A DNA stretch of 64,000 nucleotides from Candidatus Latescibacterota bacterium (GCA_965237675.1 OZ250150.1:5376001-5440000), one strand, 5' to 3'. Shown: positions 51,576-64,000, counted from the first letter of the stretch. Notes: a model not told the origin generated them from the letters alone. Program-made: numbers and translations.

Positions 51576-51910
51576 GCGGCTTCTCTAATGCTCCTTTTCC
51601 GGCGATGTTCGCTCAGAATCCCCGCGCTCTCGCCCGGCGCGCACGGCGCGGGAATCTCAGGCCCTCTCTTCCGACGGGACCTTCGGATCGAAACATATAA
51701 AGGTATGAGAAAATTTGAAAGATGCAAGGATTTTTTGGGAATCCGCAATATCGGCGACGGCCGCTCGGCCGCAGGATTTCGGTTTCCACAGGATCCGGTG
51801 TTACGGGTTTCTGAAATCTCGTCGTTGATCGTGTGCGGGCGTTGTCGTATATTTCCTTCGGGATCGCGCATTCGGTGGCCAATGAGGCACTTACGGACAG
51901 GGGATGTGAG

Positions 51911-53122
51911 ATGAATGAGAAAATTGAGGAGGCGCGACAGGTCGCGCTCCGGATATTGCAGCCGCGAGAGACGGATCTGGAACACGGGTTGGCCCTGCAC
52001 GCGGATTCCATTGTGTGTGACACCTACGGATTCGCACCCCGGGCCGCCATTGATGGAGACGCGATGGCCGCCGCCGCCGAAGGCGGTGCATCGGAAGCAG
52101 AGTTGAACGATATGAACGAGGATATGTCGATGACCCGGTGCGCGACCGACCCGGGAGAGCGCGCGGAGTTTCAGGAAGCGTGGCGGTCGGGAGGCGTGAC
52201 CTGCATCGTGCAGAACGCGGGCGAGGAGGGACAGGCGCCTATACGGCTGATAAAACGTCTCGCCCGGTTCACCCATGTGGCCGACGTCATGCGGGAGTTC
52301 CTCCTGCGGGCAACCACGCCGGCGGATATCGAGGCCGCCAAAGAACAGGGCAGACAGTGTTTTTATATGAGCGGAAACGGCGTCCCGCTTTCCCAGGACT
52401 GGGTGTCGGTGGAGGAGGAACTGAGGTACATTCGAATTTTCTTTCAACTGGGGGTTCGGATCATGCATCTGACGTACAACCGGCGCAATATGCTGGGAGA
52501 CGGGTGTGCCGAACCGGCCAACGCGGGGTTGAGCGACTTCGGCAGAACGGTCGTGGCAGAGATGAACCGGGTCGGCGTCATCGTGGATGTGGCGCACGCC
52601 GGCTGGCAGACAAGCCTCGAGGCGGCCAGGGCGTCTTCGGTTCCGATGGTGGCCAGCCATTCGGGCTGCTGTACGGTGAACGAACACATTCGGTGCAAAC
52701 CGGACAACGTGATCCGGGCGATCGTGGATTCGGGCGGTTACGTGGGCATCTGCTGCATTCCGGCATTCCTGGGGCGAAGTGGAGACATACAGGCGCTGCT
52801 GGACCATATCGATTATATGGTCAGAACGTACGGCGCCGATCATGTGACCATCGGGACGGATACGGCCTATGCCTCCCGAGCGTCCGCCGCGGAAAGGAGG
52901 AAAGCGCCCCGTTCGCGCAGGCGTCCGCGCTGGGCGGCGTTCTGGCCGCCGGATGCGTTTGACGTCCACTGGCGGCAGAACCACATGGTGAAGAGTCTGG
53001 CGTGGACCAACTGGCCGCTTTTTACGGTGGGTATGGTCCAACGCGGTTATTCCGATTCGGATATCCGAAAGATCCTGGGTGGAAACATGCTCCGGGTGGC
53101 GCGGGCGGCACTGGCCGGCTGA
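51911..53122 (+). CDS. Membrane dipeptidase (peptidase M19) family protein
   Basis: LTYNRRN, GLSDFG, EMNRVGVIVDVAH, ASHS, HVTIGTD, KILGGN. Confidence 0.88.
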   Translation: MNEKIEEARQVALRILQPRETDLEHGLALHADSIVCDTYGFAPRAAIDGDAMAAAAEGGASEAELNDMNEDMSMTRCATDPGERAEFQEAWRSGGVTCIVQNAGEEGQAPIRLIKRLARFTHVADVMREFLLRATTPADIEAAKEQGRQCFYMSGNGVPLSQDWVSVEEELRYIRIFFQLGVRIMHLTYNRRNMLGDGCAEPANAGLSDFGRTVVAEMNRVGVIVDVAHAGWQTSLEAARASSVPMVASHSGCCTVNEHIRCKPDNVIRAIVDSGGYVGICCIPAFLGRSGDIQALLDHIDYMVRTYGADHVTIGTDTAYASRASAAERRKAPRSRRRPRWAAFWPPDAFDVHWRQNHMVKSLAWTNWPLFTVGMVQRGYSDSDIRKILGGNMLRVARAALAG

Positions 53123-53134
53123 CGGCAGCGACAA

Positions 53135-53333
53135 TTGTTCTGCCCTGGAAATTAATTGCCGAAATTCGGCCCACGAGTCGCCCGGCTCGCAAGGCGCCTG
53201 CGACCCGGACAAGGTCGGCGAGCGCGCTTCAAAAGCTCGCTTCGACAAGCTCAGCGCAAGCAGCGCAGACAACGGACGCAACGAACACAACGCAGACAGG
53301 GAAGAATGGCGACATACTTCCGGGACGGGACAC
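53135..53333. mobile_element. MITE-like element copy C
   Basis: TTGTTCTGCCCTGGAAATT...TACTTCCGGGACGGGACAC; shares TTGCCGAAATTCGGCC and GAGTCGCCCGGCTCGCAAGGCGCCTG with copy D. Confidence 0.75.
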
Positions 53334-53397
53334 CAGGAACGAGCGCCCACTGGCGAATTTCCAGGAAGGCCCGTGCGCCTTCAGAAAAGGATGGCTC

Positions 53398-54651
53398 ATG
53401 ACTACGAATTTCAACCGATTGGTGTCGTTCGTTTTTCTTTTAAGCGTCTCCGTGTTCCCGGCGCATGCGCAGAATCCGAAGCTGCTCTGGCAACCCGAAG
53501 GCCCCGTAACACTAGGGTCTGAGGGTCCGCTTGCGCCGGATTTTGACGAAGACGGTGTTGTCGGATTCTCGGATTTTCTGTTATTCGCCCGCCGCTTCAA
53601 CGCCCAGGAAGGCGAACCGGAATACGACGCCAGGATGGATCTGAATGGCGACGGCGCTATTGATTTTTCGGATTTTGTCGCGTTCGGGGCCGCGTACGGC
53701 ACCCGCCATGCGGAAGCCGGGGTACCGGTCCGATACGCCGTTTACGTACTTGATCCCGTGGTGGGGGCCGCGGCGGTCTTCCACTCGGAATCCTATTTGC
53801 TTACCGACTATGTGAGGCTCCGTGGACCTACCGGTATTGCGGTTTCGGCGGATGAACGGACGCTCTACGTCTCGGAAGGCTTCGGACTCTTCGCCCTGGA
53901 TGCGGATCTTCAGGCGCGGTTTTCGATCCCGACGGAATCACAGGGGCGGGTTGTCTTGAGCCCCGACGAAAGGTTCGCATACGTGACGGAAGAACGGCAC
54001 GATCGGCTGGTGGTGCTGGACCTGGAGGCGCGGGAACCCGTCGACACGATTTCCGTCGGACAGCGACCGATTGACGTAGCAATTCTGCCTGACGGAAAGA
54101 AACTCTACGTGGCAAACGCCGACAGCCGTGACATTTCGGTCATCGACACGGACCTCAGGGAAAAGGTGGGCGACATCATTATCGGGGCCATCCCGGGTGA
54201 GGTCGGCATTGCGACGGATGGCGGGCGGGCGTATGTGACCAACATCGACCGCGGTATTGTTTCGGTTCTGGATCTGGATTCGGATCAGGTCGCGGGGGGT
54301 ATACAGCTGAGTGGAAATTCCGCGCGGGGACTGGCGTTTTCACCGGATGGCCAGACGCTCTACGTGGCTTCGAGCGGAACCCGGTCCGGCGGATTCCTGG
54401 TGGCTATCGACGTGCAGCGCAATCTCATTTCCAAACAGCTGAGGGTTGGCGACGCCGCGTCGACGATCGGGGTGTCGCCGGATGGCTCCCGCATTTATAT
54501 CGGCACATTGGTGTTGGAGGGGGGCGGCCCCGGGCTGACCGCCGTGGACGTGGAAAACTGGCGCGTTTTGGGCCGGTTGCTCGGCATCGACTTCATCGCG
54601 CAGTTTGCTTTCCGCACCCTTTCCGCGCAGGAATCCAGCCGCGAGCGTTAA
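53398..54651 (+). CDS. Secreted EF-hand/dockerin-like + YVTN beta-propeller protein
   Basis: Signal peptide; DFDEDGVVGFSDF and DLNGDGAIDFSDF; repeats SPDERFAYVT, PDGKKLYVAN, DGGRAYVTN. Confidence 0.85.
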   Translation: MTTNFNRLVSFVFLLSVSVFPAHAQNPKLLWQPEGPVTLGSEGPLAPDFDEDGVVGFSDFLLFARRFNAQEGEPEYDARMDLNGDGAIDFSDFVAFGAAYGTRHAEAGVPVRYAVYVLDPVVGAAAVFHSESYLLTDYVRLRGPTGIAVSADERTLYVSEGFGLFALDADLQARFSIPTESQGRVVLSPDERFAYVTEERHDRLVVLDLEAREPVDTISVGQRPIDVAILPDGKKLYVANADSRDISVIDTDLREKVGDIIIGAIPGEVGIATDGGRAYVTNIDRGIVSVLDLDSDQVAGGIQLSGNSARGLAFSPDGQTLYVASSGTRSGGFLVAIDVQRNLISKQLRVGDAASTIGVSPDGSRIYIGTLVLEGGGPGLTAVDVENWRVLGRLLGIDFIAQFAFRTLSAQESSRER

Positions 54652-54698
54652 AATCCCGCCGTGACCCGCGGCAACACCACCGCAGCGTCACCGCACTG

Positions 54699-55163
54699 TT
54701 ATTCGATGGCCTTGACAATACGAATCTTGACCCGGGCGATACCCGCTTCGACCATGTCCAGACGACGGGCGGCGCCCAGGGAAAGGTCGAGAATCCGCCC
54801 TTTCACAAAGGGACCCCGGTCGTTGACCTTCACCTGAACGCTCCTTCCGTTGCCCAGATGGGTTACGTGGATGACGGTACCCAGCGGAAGTTCGCGGTGT
54901 GCGGCGGTGAGACCGTACATATTGAAGATCTCACCGCTGGCAGTGGGACGGCCGTGGAATTTGTGCGCATAAAAGGAGGCAAGGCCAACCTGGTGGGCGT
55001 CATCGGTGGAAATCACGGGGGGATTGATTGTCTTTTTTTCGGCGTCGGTTCGGGGTGGCGCGGAACGATACCGGGGTCGCGAGAAACAGCCTGAAGTAAG
55101 GCCGACCGCAACGATTAACAGGATACGAATTGCAGCACGGTCAAATCCGCGGCCCCGTGTCAA
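54699..55163 (-). CDS. rlpA: RlpA-family lytic transglycosylase lipoprotein
   Basis: Lipobox LTSGC; GLASFY, TASGE, TAAHRELP, VNDRGPF, LDLS; start codon uncertain (TTG 55163). Confidence 0.88.
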   Translation of the reverse strand: MTRGRGFDRAAIRILLIVAVGLTSGCFSRPRYRSAPPRTDAEKKTINPPVISTDDAHQVGLASFYAHKFHGRPTASGEIFNMYGLTAAHRELPLGTVIHVTHLGNGRSVQVKVNDRGPFVKGRILDLSLGAARRLDMVEAGIARVKIRIVKAIE

Positions 55164-56064
55164 ACGACCCCACAAGGTCCGATATGCGGCCGATCCGTTG
55201 GCTGCTGCAGTAACCGGCAATGCCATCGACAATCTCCAGGGCGGCCCATGGGTTGATGAAGGTGGTGGTTCCAACCTGAATGGCGGATGCGCCGACAATG
55301 AGAAATTCGATTGCATCCTGAGCTGTCGAAATGCCGCCCATGCCGACAATCGGGATCGAGACCGCGTTCGCGACCTTCCAGACCATTGCAAGCGCAACCG
55401 GCTTGATGGCGGGGCCGGACAGGCCACCGGTGATATTGCCCAGAACGGGACGCCGGGAGCCGATGTCCACGGCCAGGCCCAGCAGGGTGTTGATCAGCGC
55501 GATACCGTCCGCGCCGCCTTCTTCCACTGCCCGCGCCACGGCGGCGATGTCGGTTACGTTGGGCGTGAGCTTGACGATGACGGGAAGTCCGGAGACGGAC
55601 TTGACCGCTGCGGTTACGTCGTGTGCGGCCTGCTCACGACACCCGAAGAGTTGGCCGCCGTCCTTCATATTGGGAGACGAGATGTTCAATTCCAGGGCGT
55701 CGATGTCCGATATGTCGTTGAAGCGCAGGGCCATCTCGGCGAACTCATCGTTCGAGGTGCCGGCGATGCTGACGACCCGCGTGGTCGGCAGCGCCTGCAG
55801 CGCCGGCACCTTCTCCGAAATGAATCCTTCCAGTCCGGGGTTGGTAAGTCCGATGGAATTGAGCATCCCGGAGGGGGTTTCCGCGGTGCGGGGGGCGCTG
55901 TTGCCGGCGCGGGGGTTATAGGTGATGGTTTTGGTGACCACCCCGCCGACGCGGGCGAAGTCAAACATGCCCGCATATTCGGCGCCGTGACCGATGGTGC
56001 CCGAGGCCATCATGACGGGGTTCCTGATGCTCAGACCGCCACCGATGTGCGTCGATAGGTCCAT
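55141..56064 (-). CDS. pyrD: Dihydroorotate dehydrogenase class 1B catalytic subunit
   Basis: NPVMMASG, GMLNSIGL, ELNISSPN, KLTPN, GGLSGPAIKP, GMGGI. Confidence 0.95.
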   Translation of the reverse strand: MDLSTHIGGGLSIRNPVMMASGTIGHGAEYAGMFDFARVGGVVTKTITYNPRAGNSAPRTAETPSGMLNSIGLTNPGLEGFISEKVPALQALPTTRVVSIAGTSNDEFAEMALRFNDISDIDALELNISSPNMKDGGQLFGCREQAAHDVTAAVKSVSGLPVIVKLTPNVTDIAAVARAVEEGGADGIALINTLLGLAVDIGSRRPVLGNITGGLSGPAIKPVALAMVWKVANAVSIPIVGMGGISTAQDAIEFLIVGASAIQVGTTTFINPWAALEIVDGIAGYCSSQRIGRISDLVGSFDTGPRI

Positions 56065-56142
56065 GGTGGTTTTGGGTTGGGAATTCGAATGGAGCATCGC
56101 CTGGCGCCGCACGGCTTCCCTGCCCGGAAGGCCGGGAACCGG

Positions 56143-56937
56143 CTACCAGACGATCGCGTGGGCATTCACCACCGGTCCTTCAACGCAGACCCGCCGGTAA
56201 CGGTGGTCTTCCCGGTCCGCATCCCGGTATTGCACCACACAGCCGACACAAGCGCCGAATCCGCAGGCCATATGGTTTTCCAGGGACGCGAAGCAGGGCA
56301 AATCGTGTTCAGCCGCGATCTCGGCGACCCGCGCCATCATCGCGTGGGGGCCACAGGTCAGGACCACGGTTCGGTCGGATAGAACCTGCTTCGAAATCAG
56401 GTCCGTCACTGGGCCTCTGTGCCCCAGGCTGCCGTCGTCGGTCGCCAACCCCCGATGCAAATCGGCGGGAATCATACGATCCATGTCGGGCATCCTCGCT
56501 TTGCTGGCGGCCCCCATCAGAAAGACCATTTCAGCGCGACGCTCTTTAAGGAACCAGGCCATAAAGGCGAGGGGAACCAGACCGACCCCGCCGGCGACCA
56601 GCAGGACACGGCCGGTGTCGGGCGGGACAAAGGGTCGACCGAGCGGGCCGAGCAGATCCAGATGCTGACCGGCCACGGCCCCTGCCATCCGTCGGGTGCC
56701 TTCCCCGATTGCGTCGTAGACGATCTCCAACCATCCCGCTTCGGGGTCCGTGTAGAGCGCGCTGAAGGGTCGGCGCAAAAACGGCGCCTGGAGCGCGTCG
56801 GTCCGGATCTGGATGAACTGGGCCGGGCGACATGCCCGGGCAATTCGCGGCGCCCGCAGGCGCATGAGGTAGACGTTTCGAGCAATCTGCTCGTTGGAGC
56901 AGACTTCGGCGTTTTCCTGGTAAAATTGTGAAATCAT
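56143..56937 (-). CDS. pyrK: Dihydroorotate dehydrogenase electron-transfer subunit
   Basis: RRPFS, GPLG, AGGVG, CGP, MACGFGACVGC, CVEGPV. Confidence 0.95.
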   Translation of the reverse strand: MISQFYQENAEVCSNEQIARNVYLMRLRAPRIARACRPAQFIQIRTDALQAPFLRRPFSALYTDPEAGWLEIVYDAIGEGTRRMAGAVAGQHLDLLGPLGRPFVPPDTGRVLLVAGGVGLVPLAFMAWFLKERRAEMVFLMGAASKARMPDMDRMIPADLHRGLATDDGSLGHRGPVTDLISKQVLSDRTVVLTCGPHAMMARVAEIAAEHDLPCFASLENHMACGFGACVGCVVQYRDADREDHRYRRVCVEGPVVNAHAIVW

Positions 56938-57001
56938 TGGACGAACGTGTTACGCAGGCACTCGGAATCAGACAGAGGAACGGGGAGGCTCGACCCGTTG
57001 A

Positions 57002-58779
57002 CTATTTCTTTTTAGGGCTTTCGGAATCCCGCTGGTGTGTTTCGTTTCTCCGGTCGGAAGGCGTCGTTCCGTCGGTTCCGCCGGAGGATTGCGCGTCCGG
57101 ATCGGATTGCGCGATGGCTTTCAGAAAATCGCCCTTGAGGCTTCCCGACGCGATATCCGCGAATTCGGTGTGGGGATAAGTGTCTACGAGCCGCTGGTAA
57201 TAGACCCGGGCGGTATCGGGGTTCTCCAGACGGTTCGCATAGGTCCAGGCGATCATGTAAAGGGCTTTGGCCGCAAAGGGGCTGTTCGGGTATTCCAATG
57301 GCAACTGTTTCAGTATCTCCAGATAGCCGGATGGGGCCGCCGCCCCGCTATTCAGCGCTTCGGCCTGGCGAAACCGGGCCTCCGCCCCGGCATCGTCCTC
57401 ACGGGTTTGCGTCAGACGTTGGCGGGCATCCACGGCGTACGGGTTGACCGGATACGCGTCGATCAGTTGCCGGAACGTCTCTTCGGCCGCATCCGGGTTT
57501 TTCAGGCTGTCCGCGTAGATGAGGGCGATGGCATAGAGGGCCTTGGGCGCCAGTTCGACATCCAGGCTGTCGGCGATCTCGTAGGCTCTGCGATAAGTGG
57601 CGAGAGCGGAATCGGGTTCGGAGAAGTTAAACAAATACATTTCGGCCACATTGAAAAGGGCTTTCAGGCCCTTTTTTTTGCCTTTGGCGGCCGCCTTCTG
57701 GTAGCGCTCCAGTTTGCCCAGGTCCTTTTCCCGGTCCCTCGCCGCCCTGCCCGCGTCGGATCCGGGTTTTTCTTTTCGGGCGTTGGCGAAAAGCTCTTTC
57801 GCCTTTTCCATATTTCTGTGGACCCTCTGCGCCACCGTCGCCAGGCGATAGTAGGCTTCGGCGCTATGCTCGGTCTTCGGGTTGTTCTCGATGATCTCAT
57901 AATAGATCTGGTCGGCGATATCCAGTCTGCCCATGAGTCGATAGACATTCGCCCGTTTGAGGTGAACGTCGGACTCGTAGGACTTCAGACTCTTGATCTT
58001 CAGAATACGGTTGTATTCCTCAAGGACTTCGTCCAGCTTTCCCTGAAGCTCCAGAATGCGGCCGATCTGAAGGCGGGTCTGGTAATTGATCTTGTTTTTC
58101 GGTTTTGATTTCAGAACGCGTCGATAGGCCAGCAGGGCTTCTTCGTGCTGTTCCAGGTGAAATCTGGCGTTCCCGATGCCCTCCCATATCTTGGTAGCGA
58201 GCCCCCCGGGTTTGCCTCTGAGCAGCTGTTGGTACGCGTTGATGGCAGCGGCGTGGTCGCCCGCTTCGGCTTCCAATTCGGCCAGGGCAAGCCGTGCTTT
58301 TGCCGAAAAACGCGGATCCGCGTTCTCACCCACACCGGCCAGTACCGGCCGCGCTTCCTCGGGTCTTCCGGCCGCCCATAACGTAAGCCCCTTCCAGTAC
58401 AGGGCTTCGTTGAGCAACAGGCTTTGCGGAAAGTTGTCCTGGAGTTCCTGGAATTTGACCAGGGCGTCGCCGTAGCTGTCACGCCAGTAAAACGCCTTGC
58501 CGATGAGCAGCAGGCTGTCGACCACCCACTTGCTGTCGGGGTGCCGGTCGAGGACAAAAGACGCCTTGCGAATAGCCCGCATGTAGAAATCGCGGTACCG
58601 GAAGACCCTCTGGCGGCTCGTCCTGCCGGTGGCGGCCACGTTCTCGGCCTCCTCCCGCTTGCGTTCGGCTTCCTGGTACTGTTTTCGGGCGTTATAAAAT
58701 GTGTTGTAATACACACACCCCGAAACCAGCGTTCCGGCAAGCAGGATGATCCACGCGAGTAGAAATGTCCGGTTCGATT

Positions 58780-58783
<4 letters not shown>
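57002..58783 (-). CDS. TPR lipoprotein (PorW/SprE-like N-terminus)
   Basis: Lipobox VSGC followed by VYYNTFYNA; many TPRs; start overlaps the stop of the carB C-terminal ORF. Confidence 0.8.
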
Positions 58784-60630
<1,847 letters not shown>

Positions 60631-60644
60631 TCGTACGTTTGAAA

Positions 60645-62093
60645 TTACGCGACGAGGCCCGCGAGTTCCCTTTCGAATTCGGTGATCTGCCTCAGGTTCT
60701 CAAGGAACCAGGGGTCGATTCCGGTCAGGTCGTAAAGTTCGGACACGGGCCAGCCCGCTTCCAGTGCGGCCTTGATATAGAAGAGTCTTTGGGAATTTGG
60801 CACGCGCAGCCGGTGTTCAACGACGGCGCGGTTCAGTGGCGGGATTGCCAGATCTTTCCCGTCGGCTCCGAAACCGGCACGGCCAATTTCGAGGGAACGA
60901 AGTCCCTTCTGAAAGGCCTCTTTAAACGTCCGCCCGATGGCCATGGTTTCCCCAACGGACTTCATCTGAGTGCCCAGCAGGTCTTCGGCCTGCGGGAACT
61001 TTTCGAAGGTCCACCGCGGAATCTTGACCACACAGTAGTCGATGGTCGGTTCGAAAGAGGCGGGCGTTTCCCGGGTGATGTCGTTCCGGATCTCATCCAG
61101 TGTGTATCCGATGGCGAGTTTGGCGGCGATCTTGGCGATAGGGAACCCCGTGGCCTTCGAGGCCAGGGCGGAACTCCGGGACACCCTGGGGTTCATTTCG
61201 ATGATGACGATGCGTCCATCCCGAGGATTCAACGCGAACTGAATATTGGATCCGCCCGTTTCGACGCCGATTTCTCGGATGACGGCAATCGAAGCATCCC
61301 GCATCGCCTGGTACTCTTTGTCGGTAAGGGTCTGCGCCGGCGCCACGGTAATGGAGTCACCGGTATGTATTCCCATGGGATCGAAGTTCTCAATGGAGCA
61401 GATAATGACCACGTTGTCCTTCAGGTCGCGCATCACTTCCAGTTCGAACTCTTTCCACCCGATGATGGATTCTTCGACCAGGATCTCGGTGGTGGGCGAT
61501 AGTTCCATCCCACGAACCGTGAGGTGGTCATATTCTTCCGCGTTATAGGCCGTCCCGCCGCCAGTACCCCCGAGCGTGTAAGACGGGCGGATGATGGCGG
61601 GATAGCCGATTTCGGCAATCACTTCGCGGGCTTCTTCCGGGCTGCGCGCAAATCTCCCTTTCGGGAAATCGACGCCAATCCGGGCCATCGCCTCCTGGAA
61701 GCGTTCCCTGTTTTCGGCCTTTTCGATGGCCTCGGCCTTTGCCCCTATCATCTCCACGTTGAATTTCTCGAGAACACCGCTGTTGTAGAGATCCATGGCC
61801 ACGTTCAGTCCCGTTTGCCCGCCAAGCGTGGGAAGAAGCGCGTCGGGGCGCTCCCGTTCGATAATGGCGGCGCAGACTTCGGGTGCAACCGGTTCCACGT
61901 AGGTCCTGTCCGCCATTTCCGGATCGGTCATAATTGTGGCCGGATTGCTGTTCAACAGAACCACCGTATAACCCTCTTCCTTGAGCGCTTTGCAGGCCTG
62001 TGTGCCGGAGTAGTCGAATTCACAGGCCTGGCCGATGACGATGGGCCCGGAACCGATGAGCATGATTTTCTGGATGTCGTTGCGTCTGGGCAT
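60645..62093 (-). CDS. carB: Carbamoyl-phosphate synthase large chain, N-terminal part
   Basis: [50 protein letters not shown]; stops within the oligomerisation domain after 482 aa. Confidence 0.95.
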   Translation of the reverse strand: MPRRNDIQKIMLIGSGPIVIGQACEFDYSGTQACKALKEEGYTVVLLNSNPATIMTDPEMADRTYVEPVAPEVCAAIIERERPDALLPTLGGQTGLNVAMDLYNSGVLEKFNVEMIGAKAEAIEKAENRERFQEAMARIGVDFPKGRFARSPEEAREVIAEIGYPAIIRPSYTLGGTGGGTAYNAEEYDHLTVRGMELSPTTEILVEESIIGWKEFELEVMRDLKDNVVIICSIENFDPMGIHTGDSITVAPAQTLTDKEYQAMRDASIAVIREIGVETGGSNIQFALNPRDGRIVIIEMNPRVSRSSALASKATGFPIAKIAAKLAIGYTLDEIRNDITRETPASFEPTIDYCVVKIPRWTFEKFPQAEDLLGTQMKSVGETMAIGRTFKEAFQKGLRSLEIGRAGFGADGKDLAIPPLNRAVVEHRLRVPNSQRLFYIKAALEAGWPVSELYDLTGIDPWFLENLRQITEFERELAGLVA

Positions 62094-62237
62094 ACTTGAA
62101 TCGGGAGTCGAGGGTTCAGGGTGAGGATGTGAATATCATCGATGGGCCCCGGTATCACCGGGGCTCAAAAAAACACCTGCGGCTGTCCTTGAAAAGGGAG
62201 GCTGATCGCAGGCAGGGCGGAACCGTATGGCGGTCTA

Positions 62238-62400
62238 GTGTCCTGTTCCGGAAATAAGTTGCCGAAATTCGGCCGCCGAGTCGCCCGGCTCGCAAGGCGC
62301 CTGAGCGCAGGCGACCTGCGCAAGGTCGGCGAGCGAGGGCAACGCAGCGAGACGGGATGAATCGGCTGACGAATGGTGAGGTATTTTTGGGACAGGACAC
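62238..62400. mobile_element. MITE-like element copy D
   Basis: GTGTCCTGTTCCGGAAATA ... TATTTTTGGGACAGGACAC terminal inverted repeats, preceded by CTA. Confidence 0.82.
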
Positions 62401-62405
62401 AAGGT

Positions 62406-62933
62406 TCAGACATTTTGCAGCAGAACCAGGTAGACCAGCAGAAGGATGAAGAGCAGCGTGGCGGCAAAACAGGTTTTCAGCAAGAGATCCCTTACCCTGT
62501 TACCGGGTGAGTTGCCGCCAATGGGCATAGAAGGACCGGACGGTTCCGGGAGCCCCGCCGAAAACCGCTCCTGTTCGATGAGTTGCTCCAGTTTCGGATC
62601 GCACTCCCGGATGACCCGGAGGATGAGGCGCTTGTTGCGGGCCGCCCTTTCGGCGTACCGCCCCTGGGGCGGCGTGCGCGTGTCTTCGTTGGGGATGAGA
62701 AGATCCGTGTCGTCCCTGGATCCGGAAGCGTCTTCAACCAGGCTGAGCGCCCTGGCTCTGGCCAGTTGTTCGGTGAGTCTTCGGGTTTGTTTCCTGTCGT
62801 GCACGTTCTCTCGGATCACCCTGCCGCAGATGCTCACGAAGCGTTCCATATCCGCTCTGATTTCACCTTCCGTGAGACCGAGGAGATAGGACTCTTCAAT
62901 CATCTCGTCGATGCTTTCGCGGATATCCGGCAT
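62406..62933 (-). CDS. Hypothetical protein with C-terminal membrane anchor
   Basis: MPDIRESIDEMIEE... helical ORF starting 12 nt downstream of nnr and ending in a hydrophobic tail. Confidence 0.7.
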   Translation of the reverse strand: MPDIRESIDEMIEESYLLGLTEGEIRADMERFVSICGRVIRENVHDRKQTRRLTEQLARARALSLVEDASGSRDDTDLLIPNEDTRTPPQGRYAERAARNKRLILRVIRECDPKLEQLIEQERFSAGLPEPSGPSMPIGGNSPGNRVRDLLLKTCFAATLLFILLLVYLVLLQNV

Positions 62934-62944
62934 GGGTACGGTTC

Positions 62945-64000
62945 TCAATTTGAAGGATAAAATCGAATGTACCGATTCCGATCGATGCCTGTTGCCACAG
63001 CGCGATGCGCGCGTGGCAGCGTGGCCGCGACGTCCCCTGCAAGGAGCCCGGTTTCGCCCGTGGGTTCCGCGCACAGATCCCCGGCGAGGCCGTGCATGTA
63101 TACGCCCAGGCAGGCCGCCGTTTCGGGGTCCACGCCCTGCCCGATCAGGGCGGCAAGAATCCCGGTGAGAACGTCTCCGGAACCGCCCGAGGCCATGCCG
63201 GCGTTGCCGCTGGGATTGACATATGTCCGGCCGTTGGGTACGGCCACAACGGTGGGCGCACCCTTAAGGATCACGATGACGTCGGCAGACCGGGCCAGCG
63301 TCTGCGCCGAACCGATGGGATCGGAACGAATGGCCTCGTTACCGACACCGGTGAGACGGGCGAATTCCCCCGGGTGCGGCGTGACAACGGTTGGCGCGGA
63401 CCGCATTTTCAGGTTGTCCGCCGCTCCGGCGAGGGCGTTGATGGCATCGGCGTCCAGAACGAGCGGCGCCTGGATATCGTATACGATCCGCCGGACCAGT
63501 TGCACGGTTTCCCGGTGGGTGCCCAGGCCAGGCCCGAGCGCAACGCAGTCGGCCGATGAAACCAGTCTCTGAATTTCACCGCGGGCGCGAAGGGCCAGGC
63601 AGCGGGGTTTTCGGACCTCCGGAAGCGGATGGGTCATCGCCTCCGTGAGCTTGACCTCCAGAATATCGTTCAGGCTTTCCGGCACGCCGACCTGGACCAG
63701 GCCGGCGCCGGATCTGAGCGCCCCCTGCGCCGAAAGCGCCGCCGCGCCCGTGAAACCCATTGAGCCGGCGAGAATGACCACCCGGCCGCATTCTCCCTTG
63801 TGGGCGTCGGGCCGTCTTCGGGGCAGAAGTGGCGCGCCCCCGTGCGCGGCAATAAGTTGGACATTGACGTTTTCGCCGTCGACGGCTGCCTGCGGCAGAC
63901 CGATGTCCGCGCAATAAAGGGTTCCGCAGAGGGAACGACCCGGATAGCGAAACTGGCCGATTTTGGGCTGTCCGAACGTAACCGTGCAAGCAGCAGCCGC
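62945..64000 (-). CDS. nnr: Bifunctional NAD(P)H-hydrate epimerase/dehydratase (5'-truncated by window edge)
   Basis: Frame open to the edge: TVTFGQPKIG...ADIGLP (YjeF_N), then AGS..FTGAA, GPGLG, DADA, TPHPGEF, GGSGDVL. Confidence 0.93.
   Translation of the reverse strand, partial: AAAACTVTFGQPKIGQFRYPGRSLCGTLYCADIGLPQAAVDGENVNVQLIAAHGGAPLLPRRRPDAHKGECGRVVILAGSMGFTGAAALSAQGALRSGAGLVQVGVPESLNDILEVKLTEAMTHPLPEVRKPRCLALRARGEIQRLVSSADCVALGPGLGTHRETVQLVRRIVYDIQAPLVLDADAINALAGAADNLKMRSAPTVVTPHPGEFARLTGVGNEAIRSDPIGSAQTLARSADVIVILKGAPTVVAVPNGRTYVNPSGNAGMASGGSGDVLTGILAALIGQGVDPETAACLGVYMHGLAGDLCAEPTGETGLLAGDVAATLPRAHRAVATGIDRNRYIRFYPSN

Noticed and set aside
53002-53397. N-terminal extensions of ORFs such as 53002, 40480, 46488, 44621 and 55427
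   Set aside because: They run through MITE, promoter or neighbouring-gene sequence; downstream starts with an SD or signal peptide fit better.
60664-60676. AAAGGGA as a -1 slippery site joining the two carB ORFs
   Set aside because: The -1 frame is open here, but the heptamer is not phased as X XXY YYZ in the first ORF's frame.

Overview
High-GC bacterial chromosome segment. The gene content (two TPR-GWxTD proteins, a FlgD-Ig/T9SS-type C-terminal domain, EF-hand/dockerin-like and YVTN proteins, a PorW-like TPR lipoprotein) suggests an FCB-group organism such as Latescibacterota; this is inference only. Core genes are a ClC channel (partial), vapBC, aceE-aceF-lpdA, ino1, a LysR regulator, thiI, a LysM amidase, copA, thiL, eukaryotic-type hisA, an RND permease, rpsA, arfB, pyrK-pyrD, carB and nnr (partial). 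Most notable: (1) an apparently rewired phage-shock/membrane-stress system at 32.2-40.6 kb, where pspA has a sigma54 promoter, IHF-like site and PspF-like upstream palindrome and is followed by PspB-like and other membrane genes, an ECF sigma factor, NfeD-flotillin, a soluble TPR histidine kinase and a receiver-fused PspF-like activator; (2) carB split into two out-of-frame ORFs by a 32-nt offset with a synonymously recoded GLVA duplication and a hairpin (split enzyme or translational bypass); (3) a lower-GC type II restriction-modification pair inside the pyruvate dehydrogenase operon; (4) a modular MITE-like repeat family (three full copies, one solo end); (5) several secreted proteins with unusual domain architectures. 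No tRNA, rRNA, CRISPR array or transposase was seen. Starts were adjusted by eye from the ORF track.
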